DNA of 64,000 nucleotides from a virus: IMG/VR virus record IMGVR_UViG_3300032164_000010, positions 2,861 to 66,860 of that record; one strand, 5' to 3'. Shown piece by piece: positions 46,965 to 56,100 of this stretch (position 1 is its first letter; each line of letters starts with the position of its first letter). The notes under the pieces were generated by a model. It saw only the letters and a program-made list of their open reading frames with translations, ran no database searches and was not told where the DNA came from. The position numbers and the translations under genes were made by a program.

Positions 46965-49061
46965 TCAGACCATCTGCTTCTGTTGAAGTGCGCGTAGTCC
47001 CTGGATGACCTCTTCCAGGCTCTTCATGCCACGCTCGATGGCTCCTTCGTTGAACTCGCTCATGCCGAGACGGGCAGCGACGAGCATCTCGGCGAGCCTC
47101 TTCGACGTGGAGTCGAGCTCGGGGAGGTAGTTGGCGAACGTCGAGACGTTCTCCGGGTTGATGAAGTTGAGGGCGAGGATCTTGTCGGCCGTTTCGGCGT
47201 CTTCGAGAGCGGCCGCTTCCTTGACCAGGTTCTTGCGCAGCCCCCAAGGGAACTCGGACAGGAAAGCGGCCGCGGTCTTCCGCATCTGCTGGATGTGGTC
47301 GCTGAAGGGCTCGATGTGCCTCAGCCCACCCACCTTCACCAACCCCTGCTTCTCTGCCTGCTTCAGGAGGTCACGGGCCTCGAAGGGGTTCACACCCATG
47401 CCGACGAGGAGGAACTCAGCGTTGGCTCGGTCGATGAACGTGCGCTCGTCTCGAGCCACCTTCTCCACCGGAGCCCCTTGCATCGAGAACTCTCCAGGAC
47501 CGGTCGACCGAACCTCGGCCTGGCTCTGCGCATCTCCCTGCGCATCCCTGATGCTGGTCATCTCGGCAGGGTTCTTCACGAGGTGGACCGGCTGTCCCAG
47601 CGGAAGCCACTTCAGCATGTCCGGGATGCCGTAGGTCGTCTCGTCCATCTTCTCGATGGTCTGAAGGCCGGGCACCACCTGGAGGTGGCTCTGCACGCCG
47701 AACGCATCCTCGACCATGTAGCCGATGGATCCGTCCTGGTTGGAGAGGGTGCTCTTGATAGTCACCGGCAGCAGGGCACGGGCCCTCTCGTTGTCGACGT
47801 AGTAGAACGCACCGTCATCGTGAGGCTCATCCTCCGGGATGTTGAGGTTGTGCCCAATGCGGCTGCCGGCGATCTCGTCCTGGACCGCGTACTGCCCGCT
47901 GCCATCCGTCCAGAGGAAGAGGGGGAGGGGCTGCATCTCGAAGTCCATGATGGGGATGACCCACCCGGCGAGCTGCTCGCTGGAGTCCGCATTCTCGACA
48001 CGGTACTGACCGAAGTCGTCTACGACCTCGACCTTCTCCTCTGCCAGCGTCTCCTTCTGCACCTTGTCCGTGGATACAGTCACAGTGTCACCAGGGTTCA
48101 TCTGGAGCACACGGTCAGTACCAGCCATCTGGGCTGCCTGTGCACCGGGAACCTGACCCTCCTGTGGCGCGAAGGCGCCGGCGTTGGCCCACTTCACCTT
48201 GAAGTCTCCAGTGGCGAGCTTCTCGAGCTGCACCACCGTCGGCTTGATGGAGAGAAGCAGAGCCTCGGCTGTCTTCTCCAGGCTCACCCGCGGTGTGTTG
48301 ACAAGGTGGAGCGCCAGCTTCTGGAACGCCTCGTTGCGTGCGGCCAGGGTGGCGGTCTCGGGATCATCCTTCACGCTGTTGACCATCACATCGAGATCTG
48401 ACTCGGCCACAGTCGGGGCGATGGCCTCGACCAGGCTGGCTTCCTTGCCCGTCCCAGAGTCGCCCGAGTAGGAACCCGAGCTGAAGGGGCTCGGAGCGCC
48501 AAACCGCATCTCCGACTCCTTCTTCTTGGAAGGAGCAGCGAGCTTGGCGAAACCGCCGCCGCCCAGGCCGGCACCTGTGGTCGCAGCGTTGCCGTAGCCG
48601 TAGTTGGTGCGGAGGGGCGGGTAAAGCTGATCGACCATGCCCTGGTCGGTCGGCTTCCGGTTCGAGAGCTCGAACGTGTCGGAACGGAACATGTGCTCAC
48701 GCACACGTCCCTCGTTGAGGGGGAATGCTTCCTTTCCGTCGAGGAAGACATCGAGGGACTGGAGCATCCGGTCCTTCACGATGATGGGGACACGGAAGCC
48801 GATCTGCATCCCAGGCTCACCCGGAGCCTGGGCAGGCATCTCGGACTTGTGTGTCACCTCGGCGGACCCGAAGGCGAATCCGCGCTCCGGCTCGACTCGC
48901 TCGATGATGACGTTCACGGCGTAGTCGGCCAGGTACGGACACTGCTTGAAGATCTCGACGGCGATCTCCTTCTGCCAGTTGTCTGGCACGTCGGAGAGCT
49001 TCACCGGCATCGCGAGCTTCTTGAAGGTCGGGCGGAAGTCTTTGTCGTGGAAGAGGTTCAT
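46965..49061 (-). CDS. large putative virion/head protein with K-x-A sites
   Basis: 698 aa; KKLA, AKLA, GKEA, QKLA, EKTA, EKLA, EKVA, RKTA, VKEA. Confidence 0.7.
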   Translation of the reverse strand: MNLFHDKDFRPTFKKLAMPVKLSDVPDNWQKEIAVEIFKQCPYLADYAVNVIIERVEPERGFAFGSAEVTHKSEMPAQAPGEPGMQIGFRVPIIVKDRMLQSLDVFLDGKEAFPLNEGRVREHMFRSDTFELSNRKPTDQGMVDQLYPPLRTNYGYGNAATTGAGLGGGGFAKLAAPSKKKESEMRFGAPSPFSSGSYSGDSGTGKEASLVEAIAPTVAESDLDVMVNSVKDDPETATLAARNEAFQKLALHLVNTPRVSLEKTAEALLLSIKPTVVQLEKLATGDFKVKWANAGAFAPQEGQVPGAQAAQMAGTDRVLQMNPGDTVTVSTDKVQKETLAEEKVEVVDDFGQYRVENADSSEQLAGWVIPIMDFEMQPLPLFLWTDGSGQYAVQDEIAGSRIGHNLNIPEDEPHDDGAFYYVDNERARALLPVTIKSTLSNQDGSIGYMVEDAFGVQSHLQVVPGLQTIEKMDETTYGIPDMLKWLPLGQPVHLVKNPAEMTSIRDAQGDAQSQAEVRSTGPGEFSMQGAPVEKVARDERTFIDRANAEFLLVGMGVNPFEARDLLKQAEKQGLVKVGGLRHIEPFSDHIQQMRKTAAAFLSEFPWGLRKNLVKEAAALEDAETADKILALNFINPENVSTFANYLPELDSTSKRLAEMLVAARLGMSEFNEGAIERGMKSLEEVIQGLRALQQKQMV

Positions 49062-49062
49062 G

Positions 49063-50172
49063 TCAGACCTTCACCTGCGGGTTGAAGTGCTGGGTTGGGG
49101 GCAAGAGTGCCCCGCTGAATCCTGGGACCGGCCCGAGGACGTTCAGGGCCGCGGTCACCTGGGCCATCCAGGTGACGAAGTCCACACTGTTGCGCAGAGC
49201 AGGGGCTATCGGCACCTGGCCGATCTCCACCATGGGGGCCTTGAGCTTGGCGCTGGCTGGGGCCAGGGCCAGTTGAGTGCCACCTGACGCGAGGGTAATC
49301 GCAGTGGGAGCTGAAGCCTCCAGTGTGCTCTTGGAGGTGAGCTTCATGGACTGGGCGGTGGCCTCCATCTTCCCCTTCATGGTGGCGACAAGATCCCCGG
49401 TGATGTCGAGGGTCACATTGCGCTCGATCTTCCAGGAGACATCTCCGGTCTTGGTGATCTTGAGGGTCGTCTTCTCGACTCCCCCACCTTTATCGCGGGT
49501 TTGCAGGGTCAGGATAGTGTCGTCCGAGCTCCCGTGGGAACCGAATTTCAGGAAGGCGACGGGCTTCTCGTTGGGGTCATCCGCGAACTCCTTGCAGGCC
49601 AAGGTGTATGAGGTGCCCCTGTGTCCATCTGCGTCTTCGTCCGTACGGGCCACTTCCCAGGTGAGATCTCCACCAGGCGTGTGCAGGCCATAGTTCTCGG
49701 CCATGTCTCTGATGTAGTTCCTGATGGGGATGTAGATGCGCTGGCAGACCGGCCCCGACCCAATCTGAACGATGCCTCCACGTCTGATGGCGAGGAAGTT
49801 CCCATCCCGGGTGGAGAAGTGTAGATCGCCGGGGTTCAACAGCGGCCTGCCTGAACGGAACGACCCCTCTTCCCACTGCACGGTCCACCCCATCACGAAG
49901 GAGCGGAGACCTTCCTCGGATGGTGTAGCCAGCCAACAGGTGGACCCCACCTCCGGCATGAAGTTGATACCCTCGCCGTTGGCGTGATGAGCGTAGGGCA
50001 CCATGAAGGAGATGTTGAGCCGCGGTGTGTACGTGAACTCGGTGCGCACATCGACCGTGTACTCGTCCGTGTTGACCGTGAGGACTAGAGCCCTCTCGAT
50101 CTTCGCCGGCACCGGCGTTGGCATGCCGGCCATCGAGTAGGAACGAACAGGTCTCTGGCCTAGCGTCGTCAT
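49063..50172 (-). CDS. baseplate spike/gpV-gp5-like protein
   Basis: N-terminal OB-fold-like YTVDV...GINFMPEVGS..W; beta-repeat C-terminal region. Confidence 0.65.
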   Translation of the reverse strand: MTTLGQRPVRSYSMAGMPTPVPAKIERALVLTVNTDEYTVDVRTEFTYTPRLNISFMVPYAHHANGEGINFMPEVGSTCWLATPSEEGLRSFVMGWTVQWEEGSFRSGRPLLNPGDLHFSTRDGNFLAIRRGGIVQIGSGPVCQRIYIPIRNYIRDMAENYGLHTPGGDLTWEVARTDEDADGHRGTSYTLACKEFADDPNEKPVAFLKFGSHGSSDDTILTLQTRDKGGGVEKTTLKITKTGDVSWKIERNVTLDITGDLVATMKGKMEATAQSMKLTSKSTLEASAPTAITLASGGTQLALAPASAKLKAPMVEIGQVPIAPALRNSVDFVTWMAQVTAALNVLGPVPGFSGALLPPTQHFNPQVKV

Positions 50173-53100
50173 CAGTAGTACTCGGGGTGCTCTTTGGTGC
50201 CCTTGCCGAACTCGGCTCCGTGTGCGTACGAGGGGATCGGATTCGGGCCATGAAGGTCAGACTTCCAGCCCTTCGCTGAGCCTTCGAGGAGAGTCTGACG
50301 CAGACGCTGGAAGTTGAGACGAGCCATCCAGTCCTCGTGCTGGTCCAGGGCTACCTGCTGAGCCGCACGAATGAACGGCTTGTGGAGGATGGGCTCATCG
50401 TGAGGGCCGAGATTACGGTTGTGTTCCTCCACCACTGTCCGCAGAGCCACATCACCAGGCATGTGGTGAGAGCTGCCAGGATCGTTGATCTCCGTGAGGT
50501 TGGTGAGTCCACGCACCACCGTCTCGATGTTACGACGACGCACCCGCTCGTCCTTGTACACCTTCTGGTGGAGCTCGTTGGTGAGGTAGTTCTGAACAGT
50601 GTGGATGTCCGTGAGATCTAGGAGGTGTCTCGGATTCACGTAGCCATCCGTGAGAGACTGCCCGCGCCGAACATCCATCCCAGCGTGCAGCGGCTTGTCA
50701 TCAATCATCGGGGTGCGCTGCGCCGGAGCGAAGTGGCGCTCCCCGTTGACGTAGATGTTCCAGCCGTTGGTGGCCTTGTCTCGTTCCACTCGGTCCACCT
50801 TACCAGAAGCCCGTGCCAGCGTGGCCGAGTTGGGAAGTACCTGCGGAACCTCCAAGAGCTGCTTGAGCCTCGTGAACTTGTCCGCGGCCTGTCCACCGCG
50901 AGAGGACGCCACACCACCTTGGTGGAAGCTGTTCATGGCGAGCTGTGTAGCTGGCTCACCGAGAGCCTGTCCGGAGATGACACCGATGTTGGTCCCCACT
51001 TCATGCAGGTGACCGTTCTCATTGAGGCCGAAGCATTTGGCACAGACACCCACGCCGTGTGAGCACTTGAGGGGAGAGCGCACCACCACCCTATCCACCT
51101 TGTGCTTCTTGAAGAGCGCGGTCATCTCAGGAGTGACCAAAGAACCCGCCTCGGCCACCATGCGGCCGTTCACCTTGACGGGAGCAGCCAAGAAACGATC
51201 GTGAACATCCTCCTCGCTGACGTTCATGGCGATGCCAGCGTTGGTGCCGCAGTCCTTGGAGGCGATGAGATTGGAGATGAGGACGTTGGCGATTTCCTTC
51301 GACAGACGTCCGGGCTCGCTGGTGCCTTCCACCTTCTGGATGGTGCCCATACGGGCTCCGTGCATCGAGGTCCAGTAGTCTCCGATGTCCAGACCCTCAG
51401 AGTAGGAACGTCGCACGGGCAGTGACAGGGTGCGGCCGGTAGCATCCTTCACCAGCATCGGGGCGATGTTCATCTGTCGGAACTGGTCCCAGTTGCCTCG
51501 AGACTGGCTATCCACCATCTGGAAGATCTTGTTGCCCGTCTCTCGATAGTGCGGCTTCAGGGCCTTCGTCATCTCATCTGTGGCCCTGGTGTAGATGTCG
51601 ACCAGCTTCCGGTCCTTGTCCTCGAGAGGGATCTTCGACTCTGTCACCTTCAGAGCCTCGGCGTCGTGCTTGTGCAGGATGCCGTCGCGCACCTTCTTCT
51701 GCACGTCGAGATCCTTCAAGCCGAAGGAGAAACCCAACTCGTAGGCGTAGTGGTTGCCCAGATTCTTGAGGTTGTCGACGGTAGTGGGGAAGGTCTTCGG
51801 GTCCTTGTGGGCGAAGTCCCCCAGCAAGTTGCGCAGGCCCAGTCGGTTCGGGTCAGTTCCATCCGACTTCACGAGCTCAAACTTGGGGTTCTGCAAGAGG
51901 TCACTGAACCTCTTGTCCTGCTTCATGTAGTCGGGCATGTGCTGCGCGATGAGCAGACGGCCCACGGTGGTCTTCTTGCCAGCGATGGTCACGACGTCTG
52001 TGACGTGAAGCTGGTTCTTCTCCTTGGCCTTGAGTGCCTCGTCGAAGTTGTCGAAGCTCTTCTTGCTGTCCTTCCCCCACTTCGACAGCAGATGCAGACC
52101 GATCAGAGACTCCTGGTCTGGCGAGTACATGATGCCGCCATGCGTGGAGGAGAACAGGTTGTTCGAGGGGAACATCCTGAACGACTCACGCCGTGCGCCT
52201 TCTGTAAGGGGCAGGAAGGCCGACATCGTGTCCCAGACCACCGCACCATTGGCCATGGTGAAGGTCCATGCCTCAGGGACAGTCAGATCGTACATCTCGA
52301 CCTTGCGGCCTGTCGCCGCCGCCTCTTCGATGACGTCCCAGCCGACAGAGGAATCGAGAGCGAGACTGAACCAACGTGTCATGTATTCACTGAGAGGAAC
52401 AGGACGATCAGAGGCGTCCTGCCCCGCATGTCTTAGCGCGATGGTCTGCTGTGCGGCTCTGAGGATGATTTCGTACAGCTTGAACACAGTGATCCGCGTA
52501 ACAGTAGGCTCCCTGCGGTTGAGGACGGTGTAGAGAGAGAACGCTTCCGGGTTACGAGCAGGAGGTCGCACAGAAGCGCCGAGACAGCGGAGCTGTTCCA
52601 GCAGCTCATCCCGCGCCTGATCGGTGAGTGGGACGAAATCATTGCGGCCATTCTCGATTTCTCTACCACCCCGCAATTCATCGAGGGCCTTCTGCTTGTG
52701 GGGCGTGGTCAACTGGAGCCAGCCGGCCTCCTGCATCGGCCGGATGGAAAAGCTAACGATGTAAACAGGCTTCTCTCGGTTCTCCGTCTCGGTACGGTTG
52801 CAGACCAGCCCGAGGGACATCGACAGCAGCATGACCTCCCCGGACAGGCGCTCGCTGACAGTGGTGTAGGAGCACTGGAACTGCCCTCGGCCATTCCAAT
52901 TTACTGTGCCGTCAGTATCGAGGAGCCCGGCGAAGAGTCCCTGCCGAAACTCAGTTGGCATCTCTAGGAAGCGTTCCGGCAAGTGCTTGTTGTGTGCCCC
53001 GTTTCCGATCTGCGGTTGCACCCATCGGCTGAGCGCGGCCGAGCTGAGAGTGGTCTTGAAGGACTCGCAAGGCTTCCCCTCAAACTCGTGAGGAGTGGAA

Positions 53101-56100
53101 CGTGTATAGACGGAAGCGCCATCGGACAGAGTTATGGCTAACTGCGTCCAACGGTCCCGCACCGACGAGTCCTTGCCGCTGGCGAGACAGAGCTGGCGGT
53201 CATCGCTAACCCAGCCATCCCCAATGATCGCCCCCAGGAACCAGCCCGTGTCCTGTGTGAGCGACACTTCGTCAACCATCTGGCGCACTCGGCGGGCCTC
53301 GACGGGGTGACCGTGAGAGTGAGTGTAGAGGCCAGGCTCCTCCAGGCTGCGCATGACTGGGAAACAGCGCCCCAATGAGTCTCTCGGCGGAGTCTTGATG
53401 ACCGTGAGAGTCTCCGGGTCGAGCAAGGCGAGGCTGTGGTCCGAAGAGCAAACGATCTCCCGACCATTCCGGCTCTTCACACCCCACTCCTCGCAGTCAG
53501 GGTGGATGGAGAACTTGGTGACCGGCCGGATCTGTATCTTGCCGTCGTGGTAGGCCGGCACGTAGACATTCGGCGGGACATCGTACTCAACGACACCAGA
53601 AGGCTTGGTGACAGCACTCTCAGGCAGGCGTGGGAAGTCTCGGATCTCGAGCACTCGATAGCTGATAATGTCTCCGCTGTGCGGCATGTCTGCCTCCTGC
53701 CTTGAGTCTTGCACAGGAGGTTCCAGGGTACAAGTCAAAAGTGCGCCTAGACAGCTATCACCGTCGAAGTCAGCATTGTATCCGCCGGTGACGAGGGGAT
53801 GAATCTGGATGGCCTTGCCTTCTACGAGCCGAGGCTTGAAGGCCATGATGCCGAACTTGTGAAGAACCGGGTCGCGCTTCACTAGCACCGGCCGGTCTTC
53901 CATCGCCCTCTTCAGGGCGTCTTGAGCCATCTGGCTGTCAGCCTTGATCTCTGTCATGGCCTGCGCCGGCGGGATGCCTCGCATGTGCATCTCGCGCACG
54001 ACGAAGGGCTTGTAGAGCTCCATCGCGGCGTTGCGGGGGATGCCCACCTCATCTAGCCCCATGGCCGGCTCGGGGATGATGGTCGACCGCATCGAGAGAT
54101 CCTGGCGGCGCTTGATGAGGCGGCGCTGGAAGTAGCCGAACTTCGGCTGCTCACCGTGGATCACGTCGATGATGCCCTTGAGCTTGCGGTTCGACTCGTA
54201 GACGGGCCGTCCTCCGAGTCCTGCCGTGGCCTTCAGCACATCGTAGAGCTGCTCGCGCAGATGCTGATTCTCTCCGTCCGGCAGTTCCTTCACCGGGTTC
54301 TTCAGCTTGTCGTTGATGAGCCCCACACTACGGTAGAGGCCGTTCAGGTCGTCGAACTTGAGAGAGCCGTCCTGCATCACGGTGACTGGACGGAATACTG
54401 GAGGCAGCACCGGGATGTGGTTGACGATGTACGCCTCGTGCGGCTTGAGCTTCAGGTTGTCCAGAGCCAAGAGGTACTTGGCCTTGCGGTTGAGGTGGTC
54501 GAGGGATGTCCCCCTAGCCGTTGACATGGCCGTACGGGTCTTCTCGAGCTCAGCCTTGACGTCGATGTTCTTCAGGATGTTCTCGATGGCTCGTCCGCCG
54601 GTCTTCCCCTCGATGTACGCCTTGCCCTTGGCGATCTCTTCGAAGGCATCGTACTTGAGACCGGAGAGGATGACGGCTGGGCCAGGGATCTGCTTGGTGC
54701 CGACGAACACAGGGTTCGGCATCGGCTCCGCCAGCGTGATGTGCGACCACATCAAGCCCTTGCCGACATCGGTGGGCAGGCCGCCTGTGATCTTCGGGTC
54801 GAAGAGGCCCTTCTCAAGCTCCTTGGCGTCCTTGCCGCGAAGGATACGCCCTGGGTCTGGTATCTCCCCATTCGACATGGCAAGCACGCCCTTGTCGGTG
54901 AGGGGCTGCAACACCAGCTCGTGACCCTGCTTATGGACGTTCACGCCAAGACCGTTCAGGAGCGCCTCGAACTTCTTGTAGGCGAAGGTCGACTTCGGGG
55001 TGGGCAGTGGCTGCCCCGTCATCACCCGGTGCCAGAAGTTGAGATGGGCCTGGGGATCCATCTTCTCGTCGAGGTTCCTGTCGGACTTGTATGTCGCCAT
55101 CTCACGGAGATTCTCTCGAGCGCCGTGGGCGAGCAGTGTGTAGAACTCTAGTTGTCCGATGGCCTGCCCTGGATGCTCAGCTCCAGTGCCCCTCGGCGCT
55201 TGGTCGATGGTGTAGCCCTGGTTGTAACTGCGAACAGCCAGCTTCTTCTCGACCTGGTGCTTGAGCTTGAGGATGTACTGACTGCCTGTCAGCACTTCAC
55301 CGAGAGGCTGCTTCGTGGTTGGGTCGTACACCACATCGGTGTCGCTGAGGCCGTGATCCTTGAGCTCCTTCCGAACCTTCTCCGCGTAGTCGACGTGTGC
55401 TCCACCGAAGTTCTGGGTGAGGTAAGGCTTGCCCGTCTTCTCTGCGATCTTCGACGATGCTGTCTCTAGCATCTGCCCGAGGTTGATACGAGTAGGGACA
55501 CCCGAGGGGTTCATCAAGACCTCGAGATGCCGTCCCTCAGCGCTGCCAACCCGGGGCATTTCTGCATCGGGTAGGATGCGGGTGATGATGGCCTTGTTAC
55601 CGTGTCGTCCAGCGATCTTGTCACCCACCTCGGCGGGCTCGTTGGTCTTCACGTAGACTGTTGCACCACGGCCGGTAGGACTCTTGGTGACCTTCACCAC
55701 TTCGCCAGAGTGCTCTGAGTCCCAGGTCACGCTCTTGTCCCGGACTGCGAACTGGTGCTTCCCTAGACGGGTGACCATCTTGTAGACGTCACCACTCATC
55801 TCGTTCTTGCCGACGGCCGCGATCAGCACGTCGCCGGGAGCTACCTTCTGTCCGATCTGGATGATGCCGTCTGGTCCCAGCTTCTCGGCCTGCTCTCTGG
55901 TGAACTTCCTCGAGGTGCCCGCCACATAGGCTCGGTAGGCAGAGAGCGAAAGTCTGTCACCCTTATCCGGGTTGATGTCGATGCTGTGACGGTGCAGGTG
56001 TTCGGAAGTGAGCTTCTTCGATGCCGACGCCGAGATGACGATGCCGTCATCGAAGTTGTACCCCTGGTAGGGCAGGTACCCCACACGCAGATTGGTGCCC

